Positions 1 through 14,354 of a DNA stretch of 64,000 nt are shown piece by piece. Position 1 is the first letter of the stretch; each line of letters starts with the position of its first letter. The notes under the pieces were generated by a model. It had not been told where the DNA came from, did not search any database, and worked only from the letters and a program-made list of their open reading frames with translations. The DNA lies in assembly GCF_006345805.1 (NCBI RefSeq), contig NC_042999.1:128836001-128900000 (forward strand), in the 5' to 3' direction. Position numbers and translations under genes: made by a program. Origin of the DNA: Octopus sinensis (taxonomy: Eukaryota).

Positions 1-207
1 ATTCCATTGTAAGGAAATTGAAGAGATATTTATAAAAAATTCAGTGCTCAGGCATGGCTGTGTGGTAAAAAGCTTGTTTCCCAACTACATGTTTTTGTGT
101 TCAGTCTCACTGTATGGCACCTTGAGTCTTCTGTTATGTAGCCCTAGGCTGACCAAAATTTTCTGAGTGGATTTGGCAGATAGAGAAGCCCATTACACAC
201 ACACACA

Positions 208-238
<31 letters not shown>

Positions 239-523
239 TATAAAAGTAAAAGTAGAAACAGCACAGAAGTATGTTTAAAGTTTCTTTTTAATTTTTATTT
301 CTTTAATCGGACAGGATAAGTATTTTTATATTTGTTACATTAAGCAATTTTTATAAGATATGACCAGCTTTGATGTGTATGTCCATCTTATCAAATATTT
401 AAAATTCAAAGTCAAAAATTAGGATATAAAACTTAAAAATTAGAAATTAAAACAGTTCTCATATTCTGTACGTAGCTAAGAATATATCTATCTGTCTATC
501 TATCTGTCTGTCTGTCTGCCTGC

Positions 524-555
<32 letters not shown>

Positions 556-783
556 TTATCTATCTATCTATATGTGTGTGTGTGTGTGTATACAGATTGG
601 GATGATAAAATAATCCTGGCTATTACTTTTTTTAGCACATCATGTAGGATCATGGCTAGTGTAGTTTTCCAAAATCAGAGTGAGATCTGTACAACTAAAC
701 AACTCCAAGGTAAACTCCAGTAGGCTTAATATAATAAGCTCCACAGAATGATTAACAAGAGTAATAAATTTAAACAAGGAAAG

Positions 784-1045
784 AAGTCAAATTGACTTCA
801 CGATTGTTTCCATAAATGGATGATACTGTTTAATCTATATATATAATACAATGTTATGTAATTCATGCAATTATATGTATGAATATAGGACTAGGAATGC
901 TTTTCCATATTTTCATATATAATGGAATATATTACATAACATTGTATGAATTACATACAATTGCATGAGTTGAATGACATTGCATGAGATGTGGAATAAA
1001 CGATATTGTCTGTTTATGGAAGCAATTTTAATGTCAATTTGACTT
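784..1045. mobile_element. Fold-back / MITE-like element with imperfect terminal inverted repeats
   Basis: AAGTCAAATTGACTTCACGATTGTTTCCATAAATGGA at 784 is the imperfect reverse complement of TCTGTTTATGGAAGCAATTTTAATGTCAATTTGACTT ending at 1045. There is an inner inverted pair ATACAATGTTATGTAAT / ATTACATAACATTGTAT. Confidence 0.55.
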
Positions 1046-1046
1046 T

Positions 1047-1478
1047 TGGCTGTGTGGTAAGAAGCTTGCTTCACAACTACATAGTTCCAGATTCAGTTCC
1101 ACTGCATGGCACCATGGGTAAGTCTTCTACTATAGCCTTAGGCCGACCAAAGCCTTGTGTATGGATTTGGTAGAAGGAAACTGAAAGAAGACCATTGTAT
1201 ATATAGGTATATATGTATATATGCATGGAAAGCGGATGTTAAACGATGATGATGATGTATATATCTATCTATGTCTTTGTGTCTGTGTTTGTCCCTCATC
1301 ACTGCTTGACAACCAGTGTTGGTGTATTTACATCCCTGTAACTTAGTGGTTTGGCAAAAGAGACCAATTGAATGAGTACTAGGCTTTAAAAAAAGTCCTG
1401 GGGTTGAGTCATTGGACTAAAAACCTTCAAGGTGGTGCTCCAGCATAGCTGCTGTCAAATGACTGAAATAAGAATAAA
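1047..1478 (+). mobile_element. SINE family A copy (tRNA-derived, CORE-SINE-like); a second tail-only copy follows at about 1490-1705
   Basis: Colinear with the full copy at 3765-4190. A short RTE-LINE 3' tail (GCATGGAAAGCGGATGTTAAACGATGATGAT, about 1223-1257) sits in its internal (TA)n. Confidence 0.85.
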
Positions 1479-1860
1479 AGAAAAGAATGTGTGTATTTAT
1501 GTTTGTGTTTGTTCCCCATCACTGTTTGATAACCAGTGTTGGCTTGTTTACAAACCCTTAATTTAGTGATTTGGCAAAAAGAGACCAATAGAATATGTAC
1601 CAGGCTTACAAATAAATAAGTACTGGGGTTGATTTGTTCAACTAAATGCTTCAAGGTGTTGCCCCAGCATGGCCACTATCAAATGACTGAAACAAGAAAA
1701 AGATAACTAAATGATTGGTACAAAAACTTCTGTTATTATGAGGTTGCTAAGAACAAATTGTAAAGATTCTACTATTCACTCAATACACAGGAGTTCATAC
1801 TTTTGTGTGTTTTTATGTATGATGACAACAGTATCTATTTGTAAATCTTCACAAAGTGCA

Positions 1861-2343
1861 CAGGGTGGGTCAAAAGTCACATACGAAGTAAGTTGAATAT
1901 GCTCCAGAATTGTGAAAGACATGCTTCAATTTTTCTAAAATTGAATAAAATTAATAAAATAATGATGAATACACATGTACATGGTGAATGAAATGGATAA
2001 AAATAATGGTAATAATAACAACAACAACAACAATAATAATTCTTTCTATTATAGGCACAAGGCCTGAAATTTTGGCGGTAGGGGCTAGTCGACTACATCG
2101 ACCTTAGTGCATAACTGGTACTTATTTCATTGACCCTGAAAGGATGAAAGGTAAAGTTGATCTTGGCAGAATTTGAACTCAGAACATAGCAGTGAGTGAA
2201 ATACCGCTAAGCATTTCATCCAGCATGCTAACAATTCTGCCAGCTTGCCACCTTAATAATAATAATAACAACAACAACAACAACAACAACATAATATGAA
2301 TAAAATGTTGAATGTTTTGGTGCATGACTTTTGGCCCACCCCG
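1861..2343. mobile_element. Tc1/mariner-type MITE interrupted by a family B SINE
   Basis: TIRs CAGGGTGGGTCAAAAGTCAC / TGACTTTTGGCCCACCCCG followed by TA. SINE B (about 2040-2255, minus strand) lies inside, between (AAC)/(AAT) repeats. Confidence 0.65.
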
Positions 2344-3725
2344 TATTTGTCATCTCTTTACGTTCTGAGTTCAACTTGCATTATCATCTTTGGCTTTCAT
2401 CCTTCCATGGTTGATAAAATAGAATGCCAGTACTAGAACCTTACTTGATTGATCAACCAACCTTTCTATTCAATATCGAGCTTGTTACTATGTTAAAAAT
2501 GATTATTATGAATCATATTTTAACTGCAATATGTATCAAATTTTTTTTTTGGAATGATGTAACTTGAAGCAAATAAAGCTATAAATAATAGCATGTAAAT
2601 ATAGGATTAAAAAGAACTTTGTATAGAAAAAGTTGAAGGCTGCTTGCTGTTCCAACCAAGAATTATTTTGTTCTCTTGAATTTTATAAATTCTTTTGATT
2701 TTGATGTATCATATTCTTTTATTGTAAATTTCATTAAATTTTATTAGTTTTGATTTATATTGCTCATTTAACTTGAATTATCACTATTTGAGTTGAAAAT
2801 TGAATTTGTAATAAGGAAGGATGGTCAGTGTTGGAACACTTTTATTTTTTATGAATCACTGAATCTAAAAACATAATGAAAAAAAAAATCGGCAGGATGG
2901 TCACGGTTTCAATATTTGCTAATATTTGATAAATTAATAATTTCTGATTCCTTATTGAAATTTGCATAATCTTAGCACATGAACAAAAGGAAAAATAAAA
3001 TAAAACATAAGCACAAGCATGGCTGTGTGGTTAAGAAGCTTGTTTCCCAACCATGTGGTCATAGGTTCAGCCTCACTACATGACATCTTGGGGGCAAGTG
3101 TCTTCTATTATAGTTCTGAACTGACCAATGCTTTCTGAATGTATTTGGTTGATGGAAATCATGTGATAGCCTGTTATACATGTATATAAGCATAACATTA
3201 TCATTCACCATCATCATTTAGCATCTGTTTTCCATGCTAACTTGGGTTAGATGGTTTGACTGGAGTTGGTAAGACCAGAAGCCACACCAGGCTCTGTTAT
3301 GTGTTCTGGCAAGATGTCTATGGTTGGATGACCTTCTTAATGCCAACCACTTTACAGAATGTACTAGGTGCTTTTTTATGTGTTTTTTTATGTGCTTTAG
3401 GTACTTTTTATGTGCTTTTAACATGGCATAAACACAGTGTGTGGTTGTGTGTGTATGTATGTGTGTCTATGTTTTCCCTCCCCTCCACCATTACCTGACA
3501 ACCAATGTTGCTTTGTTTATTTTTGTCCTTGTAACTAAATGATTCAGCAAAAGAGGCCAATAGAATAAGCATCACACATAGAAAATAAATAAGTACTGGA
3601 GTTGACGTATACATATATGGTTGAACTTAGTTGCATAGTTCAATCAGCGCCTGCTAAACGTACTTATGCACATGAAACTATTAGTAGCACATACAATGCA
3701 TGTAATAAGAAGCATTTATAGTAAT

Positions 3726-3764
<39 letters not shown>

Positions 3765-3766
<2 letters not shown>

Positions 3767-4190
3767 CGTAGGAGTGGCTGTGTGGTAAGTAGCTTGCTTG
3801 TGAACCACATGGTTCCAGGTTCAATCCTACTGCATGGCACCTTGGGCAAGTGTTTTCTACTATAGCCTTGGGCCGACCAAAGCCTTGTGAGTGGATTTGG
3901 TAGATGGAAACTGAAAGAAGCCCATCGTGTATATGTATATATATATATATGATATTATATATGTATGTGTGTGTATGTGTTTGTGTGTCAGTGTTTGTCC
4001 CCCCAACATCGCTTGACAACCGATGCTGGTGTGTTTACATCCCCCGTAACTTAGCAGTTCGGCAAAAGAGACCGATAGAATAAGTACTAGGCTTACAAAG
4101 AATAAGTACTGGAGTCGATTTGCTCGACCTAAGGCGGTGCTCCAGCATGGCCACAGTCACATGACTGAAACAAGTAAAAGAGTAAAAGAG
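3765..4190 (+). mobile_element. SINE family A, full-length reference copy (tRNA-derived head, CORE-like domain, internal (TA)/(TG) microsatellite, (GTAAAAGA)n tail)
   Basis: A-box-like TGGCTGTGTGG, B-box-like GGTTCAATCC and CORE-like GCACCTTGGGCAAGTG. Other copies at about 50, 3010, 6060, 7470, 7690(-), 12815(-), 15265, 22190(-), 30190, 32710, 56495(-) and 58231(-). Confidence 0.9.
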
Positions 4191-4830
4191 TATATATATA
4201 CATACATATATACATATATGTTACTTATGTAATACTTAAGTTATATAATTATATGTTACTTTTAATAAGTGATCCTCATTTTCCTTCTCCCTCATCATCA
4301 TCACCATCATCATCATTCTCACCACTTCCATTGACATCATCATTCTTGACATTTTTTTTTGTGGAGCACCGATTTGTTGGTAGTTAAATATATTTACTAT
4401 ATTTAATAATATATTTGATTATTACTTAGGCCAATTATAGCAGCAAGCAAACAAGGAGCATGTAATTAACTCATTAGATAAAAGGTCTTATTATAAGAGC
4501 AACACTGCTGATTCTGATGTCGAGACATTTTAATTAGTTCACAGTATTAGTATACACTAGATATGCTAGTATTCCAGAATTATTGCAGCTTAATTATATC
4601 TATAACAAGTCAGTCCACCCAGTAACAATTATTTGCAGTATTAATACTTGGGAATGTCAATATTAGTTAGTGTTTTCTGAAACAGTTCTCATTAACATAT
4701 ATTAATTACTAATACTTGATTTGAAACAGTTTCCTCATTAGTAATCAAAATATTACTAATATGCACATATATTTAAATACTTGCTCTTTCACCTGCACTG
4801 AATGTATTTGCATGTGTGTATATATATATA

Positions 4831-4909
<79 letters not shown>

Positions 4910-5193
4910 TATATACATATATATATACATACACATATACAAACACACACACATACATAGATATAGCTATATCGCTTTCATGTTTTTGGTATAAGGGCGA
5001 CAGGGGTGAGTCGATTAGATCAATCCAAGTTATCAACTGATACTTATTTCATTGACTCTGAAAGGATGAAAGACTAAGTTGACCTCAGTGGAATTTGAAC
5101 TCAGAACATAAAGACAAATGAAATACTGCTAAGCATTTTGCTTGGTGTGCAAATGTTTCTACCACTTATCTGCCTTTATACACATATATATAT

Positions 5194-5472
5194 TTCTTTT
5201 TTCGTGACCGACCAGACCATCAAATGTTGTTACACATCGCTGGTCACAATGTTTTAGCCTTCGAATGACGCCACCCCGCTGGCTAAGCGAGCAGGCCAAC
5301 AGAAGAAAGAGTGGTGAAAGAGTACAGCAGGGATCACCACCCCCTGCCGGAGCCTCGGGGAGCTTTTAGGTGTTTTCGCTCAATAAACACTCACAACGCC
5401 TGGTCTGGGAATCGAAACCGCGATCCTACGACCGTGAGTCCACTGCCTTAACCACTGGGCCATTGTGCCCCC
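5194..5472 (-). mobile_element. tRNA-derived SINE family D
   Basis: The minus strand begins GGGGGCACAATGGCCCAGTGGTTAAGGCAGTGGACTCACGGTCGTAGGATCGCGGTTTCGATTCCCAGACC, a tRNA-like head with A and B boxes, followed by a GC-rich body. Confidence 0.8.
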
Positions 5473-5607
5473 ACATATATATATGGGCAAGCTGGCAACC
5501 TGGCCAGTCTGCCACTGTATATTTATGTATTAAAAATTCAGTTTCAAATAAATTAATTTTTAATACATAAATATGCATACATTATGTGTGTGTGTGTGTG
5601 TGTATAC

Positions 5608-5639
<32 letters not shown>

Positions 5640-5643
5640 TACA

Positions 5644-5937
5644 CAGTGGCGGACTGGGTCTAGAAATATTGGTTTCCAGGAGACTAAGGTGGCTCACCTG
5701 CAACTACAATGCTATCATTTAATTTTTTTTCTTTTTTTTGTTAAAAGTATTCTTTTCAATTGTCTACAAACACAGCCAAGCTGAAATAATTAATGCATTC
5801 TTCCAGGAGTGAATAAATAATTCTCAAACTTGAGGGGATGGGTCCCTTAGACACAAACATGGGCCCTCATATATGGATTCTAATGGTGCAGGGACCCACT
5901 TGCCATTGGGCAAGCTGGTAACCTGGCCAGTCTGCCA

Positions 5938-5940
<3 letters not shown>
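5644..5940. mobile_element. hAT-like MITE inserted in (TA)n
   Basis: 14-bp TIRs CAGTGGCGGACTGG / CCAGTCTGCCACTG. The flanks TATATACA / TATATATA are compatible with an 8-bp TSD. A solo copy of the right end lies at 5484-5517. Confidence 0.7.
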
Positions 5941-5979
<39 letters not shown>

Positions 5980-6559
5980 TGTGTGTGTGTGTGTGTATAA
6001 GTATATATAAAATATTCCTTATCAAAGTTGACTTTGGTATAATATACATATACATGTGTGTCTGTGTGTGCCTGCGTGTTTGCACATTTTCGTGTTTATC
6101 TCTTACTGCATGACAACTATTGTTGGATTGTTTACACCCACATAACTTAGTAGTTCAGCAAAAAGGGAGGGTAGAGTAAGATCCAAAGATAAAGTAAGTA
6201 CTGTGGTTGATTTAATGAAGTAGACCCTCCAAGAGAGTGCTCCAACACTATCACAGTCTGATAACTGAACTTAGTAAAATAGTGAAGAGTATTGTTGTTC
6301 ACTTAAAGCATTAGTTCAGAAGTAGAAATGAGAAATAAGGGAAGCTTCTAATAACCCTTTCTACCAACGGCACATGGCCTGAAATTTTTGGTAGTGAGGG
6401 GCTTAGTTGATTACATTGACCTCAGTGTTTCACTGGTACTTAATTTATTGACCCCAAAAGGGATGAAAAGCAAAGCTGACCTCGGCAATATATGAACTCA
6501 GAACTCAGAATGAAGAAAGTTTATTTCTCACTTCATTCATTATTCTACCAGTAAAAGAT

Positions 6560-6591
<32 letters not shown>

Positions 6592-9500
6592 TCTATGTAT
6601 GTATGTACACACATATATACATAAATACACACACATATGTACATATGTGTGTATATATGTGTACAAACATATATATGCATATCACAATGCAAACACAGTT
6701 GAATGTATGCAAAATACTACCCCAGAAAAAAAGTACTGTATTGAATATATACAATACATATACACAATTAAAAGTACTGTATAGAATATAAAATGAGAAA
6801 AACACATGGGGGTTTCTCTGAATATGTTTGAGGAGGATTTCAAGGCAAAATAATAAAAACCAAATATATCGATCACTGTAGCAAGATTTCTTCTGATAAA
6901 GTTATGGGTAGGATGATTCACCAAATTTTGCTAAGTTGCACTTGGCAAAATACCAGAATACATAGCTACAATTGGTATGGAGAAACCTTATTGGCTCTAC
7001 ATGAGACAGAGTTGTTTGTTTTTTATTATTCTGTTGATTTATTGGTTGGTTTTATTGTGTGGATTATTTCCATATGTTATAAGATGTTTTTTTTTTCTTC
7101 TTCAAAATACCCCAATGTCATAACTTGATTAGATTCTCAACTTGGCATAAGTCCTCTCACACCAAATTCTTAGTTTTATTCTAACATTCTGTAGAATAAT
7201 GTGAAATGGCTGAAACATTTGTATGTGGACTATTGACCCACAAAAGAATATTTATTTTATATGCTTTTATTTATATTGAATTTTATGAACAACAGTATCA
7301 ATGGTTACAAGTTTTCAATATGTCAATCACTGGTTTTGCCTTTTCATGGAGTGGGGTAGAGGGAGACAGAAATGTGAAAAGAATGTTTGTGCAACTTAAA
7401 ACAAATATTGCTCAAGTTTTTTTCTGTTTTTGTATGAAAGTACCAGTTCATTGAGTTTCATATGCATAAGCACAGGTATGGCCATGTGGTTTGCTCACCA
7501 ACCACATGGTTTCAGGTTCAGTCCCACTGTGTGGAACTTTGGGCAAGTGTCTTCTACTATAGCCCCAGGCCAACCAAAGACTTGTGAGTAGATTTGGTAG
7601 ATAGAAACAGAAAGAAGCCTATCGTGTTGCAGGCAGCATCCTTTGTTTCTATTCCTGTGTGAAAACTTGTCTAGACATCTTTTATCTTTTAATTTTTACC
7701 TGTTTCAGTCATTAGACTGAGGTCATGCTGGGGCACTACCTTGAAGAAATATTAAGTCGAATTTATTGACCTCAGTACTTTTTTTATTTTTTAAGTCTGG
7801 TACTTATTCTATCGGCCTCTTTTGCCAAACCACTAAGATACAGGGATGTAAACACACCAACACTGGTTGTCAAGCAATGGTGGGGGACAAGTAGACACAC
7901 ACACACACACACACATATACAACTGGCTTCTTTCAGTTTCCGTCTACCAAAATCCACTCACAAGATGTTGGTCAGTCCGAGGCTATAGTAGAAGTCACTT
8001 GCCCAAGGTGCCGCACATTGGGACTGAACCCAGAACCATGTGGTTGGGAAGCAAGCTTTTTACCACACAGGTAAAAATTATCTAACTTGTTGACAGAAAG
8101 GCATCCAACTGTAAAAAATCTACCTCAACAAATTTCATCTGGCTCATGCAAGCAAGGAAATGTGAACATTAAAATGATGATGATGATGATGATAATGATA
8201 TTTCACATGAGTAAAGTATATAAACACATACACATACACAACACACACATAGGCCCATGTGCATACACACACACACACACACACATGCATATTTGCCTGG
8301 CTTCCACCATTTTCTATCTATCAAATGACACTCACAAGACATGATCAAAATAAGGTTATAATGAAAGATATTTTTCCCCGAGTTTTTGTGCAGTATAATT
8401 GAATCTATAACTTTGTGGTTGTGAAGCAAACTTCTCAACAATGCAGCTATGCTTGCACCGTATCTTCTTTAGTCAGTTTTGTTAATTAAAAAAGAGAAAG
8501 GTTTTGTTTGATTTCATCATATGGTAGTGAGAAGACAATACTGTAATATTTTTGTGCTGAATCCTCATCCTTTGGTATGGATGTTCTTCCTGTCACCAAT
8601 TGCTTTACAGAATATTCTAGGTGTATTTTATCATGAGTTTGGTTCTAAAGAGGTTGTCCCATATAACTGGACTGAAGAACCCTCTCTACTGTGTCAGTAC
8701 TTACTTAAGGAGTTAATACCCTTCGAGACAAACATATGGTTGCTCATTTTCTCAATGGAAAAAACCCACATGACTATTTAGCTCAAAGTATTGTCTTCAT
8801 ACATTAGAATAATGATATGAAATTTGTACAATACTTTCACATATATTTTCGCATTGTTGGCATCAATATCATTTAAGATATTTTCTTTTGCAATGTCTTT
8901 TGGCACTAGCTACAGAGAAAAAAATTTAAATGTTAATAGTTATTAGCAAAGAATTAATGATGAAGTAGATAGTTTAAAAACCAAGGCAAGTGGAATCAAA
9001 AGGTTAGTTTTAAATATCATATGTTCATATATTAATTAATAATTCTAGCTTACTGAACTAGTCAGACTGCATTTGATCAATCATAAAAATTTAAGCTTGC
9101 AAAGAAATATTTAAAGTTTTTTTTGTTGTTGTTCTGAAGGGCAGCTTAGTTTTTATCACTTATCTTCATTTTTATATCTTTTGAATGTCCTTTAACATTT
9201 CAACTTAATATTTAGTTGTTCATTAATGCAGCAAGTTGGCAGAATTGTTAGAGCACTGGGCAAAATGTTTAGCAGCATTTTGTGTCTTTACATTCTGTGT
9301 TCAAATTTTGCCATGGTTGACTTTGCTTTTCATCCTTTCAGAGTTGATAAAATTAGTACTAGTTGATTACTGGGGTTGATGTAATCAACTTATCCCCAGT
9401 CTTACTGATTTTGTGCCAAAATTTGAAACCAATGTTTACTTGTTCATTCTTTTCAAAAATGTTGAGATTGTAGAAATGGCAGAGTGCAGGACTTAATAGT

Positions 9501-10139
9501 TGCACTAATGGCTCACCCCACTACATTCTGAGTTCAAATCTTGTCAAGGCTAGCTTCACTGTTCTTTTCCCTAAAGTTGACAAAGTAGTTACTAGTAATA
9601 TATTAGTGCTAATGTATTATTGCTATCTGCTAGCCCCTGACCTGTGTGTTCCATCCACGCACAAAAAGAAAACTTTTCACTCACCCTACCCCAACAAACC
9701 AATCTACAATCTACATCTCCACATCTCTTCTCTTCCTCAAATACCTAGCTCTCACTCTCCAATCCTGTCCTCAAGGCCCTATTCCTCTGTATCATTGCTA
9801 TCTGGCAGCCCTCCGCCACTCTATATATACCCAGGTTTTCGCCTTTCACTCCCCGCTCCACACTTTTTAATCACACTTCCTTTGCAATATCCTGCCGCTT
9901 ATATTATGGCGTTTGAACCTCAAGGGTAAGCCCTGGCACTTGCCACCATCTGTATCACTCTCTTCTTTTACTCAACCATCCTATTTGTATTCTGATCCCC
10001 GTTCCTTGTAAGTATGCCCAGCATTTTGTCACCATCACTATCCTACTGTCTCCCTCTCTCTCTTTCCTTCTCTTGCACTTCCCTTTGGCTGGGTAACCAT
10101 GTATTTCCAAATTGTGGTAGCGTACCAGTTTCTGTCTTC

Positions 10140-10144
10140 ATTCT

Positions 10145-10179
<35 letters not shown>

Positions 10180-10515
10180 TGGGTAACCTTGAACTTCCTC
10201 TACAGCAAGACACCTGTTTCTGTCTCTCTGTCTCACTATAACTTTTATCATCCAACACAAGATCACTGCCTCCAATGCCCTCTCCCTTTTTGAAAGTTTC
10301 TTTTTTTTTATCATCTTGCAAGTACTTGGTGACCCTGACAGTGCAGGTGCCACTAAAAAGCAGCCAGTCAACACTGTAAAGTGGTTGGTGTTTGGAAGGA
10401 CATCCAGCTGTAAAAACCTTGCCAAAACGGCCACAAAAGTCTGGTGCAGGCTTCTGCTTGGCTGGCTCTTGTGAAACCATCCTACCCATGCTAGCATGGA
10501 AGGTGGATGTTAAAC

Positions 10516-10553
<38 letters not shown>
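10140..10553 (+). mobile_element. RTE-tailed retroposon fragment (3' end) ending in (GAT)n
   Basis: Ends in CCCATGCTAGCATGGAAGGTGGATGTTAAACGATGATGAT, the same 3' terminus as the RTE LINE at 18898-21403. The 5' limit is uncertain. Confidence 0.7.
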
Positions 10554-10554
<1 letters not shown>

Positions 10555-11807
10555 AATTCAACCTTTGCCACAGTTTACTTAGCACTACCTATTTTGATTT
10601 CAAATTTTGCCACAAGGCCAGCAAGTTTGGAGGAGGGTTAGAGTTTATTACACTGATGTCAATGCCTAACTGATACTCATTTTATCAACCCCAAAAGGAT
10701 GAAAGGCAAAGTTGACCTCAACAGAATTTAAACACAGAACATAAAGATGTATGAAATGCCACCAAGCATTTTGCCCAGCATGCTCATAATTCTGTCAGCT
10801 TGTACCTATATTAAAGATATTTAATTTTCCTTTTTCAGCTTAAAAAATTTATTGCTTTTTAATATCTCTACATCAACAGAACTAAAACTGGCTGAGACAA
10901 TAGTCTACAGGACTAATGCATTACAATATGTATTTCATTCCTCTAGGGTTTTTTACTTTCACCTTTTATGGATGGATTTGTGGGACTAAAATAAATATGT
11001 AAAATCCTACATTGCAAATGCTTCTTGGAAATCCATACAAGTCTCAATTTCTCTTTTCTTTTTTTCAACAACCTTTGATTCCTTTGTCTCATTTAAAAAA
11101 AAACCTATGGTATCCATTCCTAAATTTTGAAAATGATGTAGTATACATATAAGCACTTTGTAAGTCATGTCTACTATCTAGCTTTATTGTCTAGTCCTTA
11201 ACTATTTAATCTTCATTTTTAAAGAAAAGGTATTAATACCTCTTCTATGAATCAAGACCTTGCACTTAGATAAGGAATCATTGACTTCACTTCCAATTAT
11301 AGCTGTGTGTTATTTTAATTTGTAATTCAATATACTGAACTGTTTAAAACTAATAATTCTAGTGTCATGACAAATAGCTTGTTGTTTGATATCTTTACAG
11401 TTTTAATTAGCATTTACTTCCAGTTGCAATCAGATCAGTAGAAGACAAATGTTAAGGAAGCGTCGTCATTAGTCTGAAAGTCACCAACAGACTTAGTGGC
11501 TTAATGCTCTTTCATGAAAGTATTTTTCACAATATTCGAGAGAAATTTTTCACAGTATTCTAGAAAGAAAATAATTCTGTTGACAACGGAAATAACAACA
11601 ACTGCATTAATAAAAACAACAAGACAACCACAAATTCAGACAATAATTTTTCAGTTCACATACTTCCTTCCAGCAAATTCATATAAAATTAAACATCTTT
11701 AATTTCATTTCAGTTATGAATGAATAATTGACGGTAAAAAGAAATAATTTGAAAATTGCTTTTATTTATGTGGATGCGTTTAAGAAGTATATATCTGTGT
11801 GTATGTA

Positions 11808-11871
<64 letters not shown>

Positions 11872-12399
11872 GTGTGTGTTTGTTTGTGTTTGTTTGTATG
11901 TGTGTGTTTTTATAATAGCTGAACGGCTAGCTAATAAATACTTAGATTTGATTAGTATGTTTAATATTAGACTTACTTTCTGGTAATTAATGATTAGATT
12001 TATTAAAAGATTGTATTATTAGAATAATAATTATAATAATAATAATTTCTTACATATTATGCACAAGACTAGAAATTTGGTGGGAAAAAGAAACCCACTA
12101 CTTGACTGATGCCTTATTTTTTATCAATACTGGAAAGATGAAAGGCATAACTGACCTCAGCAGAATTTGAAACCGGAATGTAAAGAGGTGGGACAAATAT
12201 TGCTAGGCATTTTGTCTAATGATTTATTGATTCTTCCAATTTACTACCTTCATCCTAATAATAATAATAACAACAACAATAACAACAACAACAACAACAA
12301 CAATAATAATAATTAGTTGGACCTGTGAAAAATTCACAGAAAACATGAAAAATGTAAGCATCTGTAAACAGTGTACTGGTGCCATGAGAAATGTTTGTA

Positions 12400-12650
12400 T
12401 ATTATGACTGTCTGTCTTTACATTCTGAGTTGAAATTCTGCCAAGGTTGACTTTGCCTTTTGTCCTTTTGGGGGTCGCTAAATTAAGTACCAGTTGTGTA
12501 CTGGGATCAATCTAATCAACTGACCCCATCCCCACAAGGTTGACTTTGCCTTTTGTCCTTTTGGGAGTCGCTAAATTAAGTACCAGTTGTGTACTGGGAT
12601 CAATCTAATCAACTGACCCCATCCCCACAAAAATTTCAGGCCTAGAAAAG
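12400..12650 (+). mobile_element. SINE family B copy with an internal tandem duplication of about 93 bp
   Basis: CAAGGTTGACTTTGCCTTTTGTCCTTTTGGG...GACCCCATCCCCA occurs twice in tandem (from about 12442 and about 12535), nearly identical. Confidence 0.8.
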
Positions 12651-13067
12651 TATATTGTGACAGTTACAGAATATAGAAAGTAATGTACCACCAACTAAAA
12701 TATCTCAGTTACACAAATGTAAACAGAATTACTATTTAATCTTAAAATACATCGTACATATTCAAAGAACCTTCTTGGTTTAGTGGTACACAACGTTTTT
12801 CTGGTATTCTTTTATGCTTTTACTTGTTTCAGTCATTTGACGGTGGCCATGCAGGAGCACCACTCTTTAGTTAAAAAAATTGACCCCTGGGCTTATTCCC
12901 TGTAAGCCTGGTGCTTATTCTATCAGTCTCTTCTGCTGAACAGCTAAATTACAGGGACGCGAACACACCAATATCGGTTGTCAAGCAATGGTGGTGGTGG
13001 GACAAACACAGACACAAACACACACACACATACATACATACATGCATGCATATGTACATACATACAT

Positions 13068-13404
13068 CTGAGACCCCCTTCGGTCATGACTGACCATGGG
13101 ATTGCACCTAGAAAGTTACCCTCCCAGGCACAAGTCCGGGCAATGTTGTTTATGGAAGACCAGCAGTCGCCCATGCATACCATTCACCCCTTTCCATGTC
13201 ACCACTGTTATCCAAGGGAAAGGCAAAGGTTGATACAGCTTGGCACCAGTGATGTTGCAACTCATTTCTACAGCTGAGAGAACTGGAGCAACGTGAAATA
13301 AAGTGTCTTGCTTAAGAACACAACACACAGCTCGGTCCAGGATTTGAATTCACAATGTCATGATCATAAGCTCGACACTCTAACCACTGAGCCATGTGCC
13401 TTCA
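13068..13404 (-). mobile_element. tRNA-derived SINE family C
   Basis: Minus-strand head GAAGGCACATGGCTCAGTGGTTAGAGTGTCGAGC...GAATTCAAATCC. A second colinear copy is at 58918-59248. Confidence 0.85.
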
Positions 13405-13428
13405 CATATACATACATACATACATACA

Positions 13429-13462
<34 letters not shown>

Positions 13463-13511
13463 CATACATACATGCATGCATACATACATACATACATACA
13501 TACATACATGC

Positions 13512-13571
<60 letters not shown>

Positions 13572-14046
13572 GGGCTTGGAGGTAGTGGTGATGCTGGCTG
13601 GTGCGATTTTGCTGGTATGCCGAGAGAGATCCAGTGGGCCCCTAATTGGGTCCCCGATCTTAAAGGTGTAATGTGGATGTGTAATGATGACACATCAACA
13701 AATGAACCAGAAATTCTAACTTAAAAAATATAGAAAGAAAAAGGCAACGTATTCCGAAGCCAAAAGATAAATAGGGAGGAGTGAGCCTGTTTTCTCTCGG
13801 TAGTTGCTGTTGCAAAAGAGGTAGTATGGAAGACGAGAGTGAAAGGAATTGCAATAGGCAGTATTTGAACTCAGAACATAAAAAGCTGCAATGAATACAA
13901 CAAGGCATTTTGGCCAACACTTTAATAAACTCTGCCAATTCACCACTCATTGCCAATCCAATGTTATACTGATTCTTTTCTTAATAACATAAAATTCTGT
14001 TTTCTGATTAAACTAAATATTCATTTCTCATGTTTATTATTATTAA

Positions 14047-14354
14047 CCCCTTACCCGGCAGAAACGAATATATTCGTTTTGACCGAAATCATTTTTTTCT
14101 ATCTCTGGCGAGTTAACTCGTCAAAAGATAGACTCGCCAAAATCGACAGCAAACGAGTTCCTTCATCTAAAAATGGGTTAACTCGTTTCTGCCCAAAGCG
14201 GTAATTTAAAATCAATATTATTGAATTAAAATTCATAATAAATAAGGTTTGAAATATACCTCGAAATCACCATTCAAAACATAGTAAAATAAAACAATTA
14301 AAAAATATGTCTGAAAAAATACATTTATTTTCAAAATAATTGTTGGGTAAGGGG
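14047..14354. mobile_element. piggyBac-type MITE
   Basis: TTAA on both sides (14043-14046, 14355-14358). TIRs CCCCTTACCCGGCA / TGTTGGGTAAGGGG. Confidence 0.85.

Noticed and set aside
5395-5472. tRNA gene (also 59175-59248 and 13330-13404)
   Set aside because: These tRNA-like heads lack a paired acceptor stem and run into SINE bodies; they are SINE heads, not tRNA genes.
10043-10585. 180-aa ORF with poly-His
   Set aside because: Antisense reading of an RTE-type (GAT)n tail and a (CT)n microsatellite.
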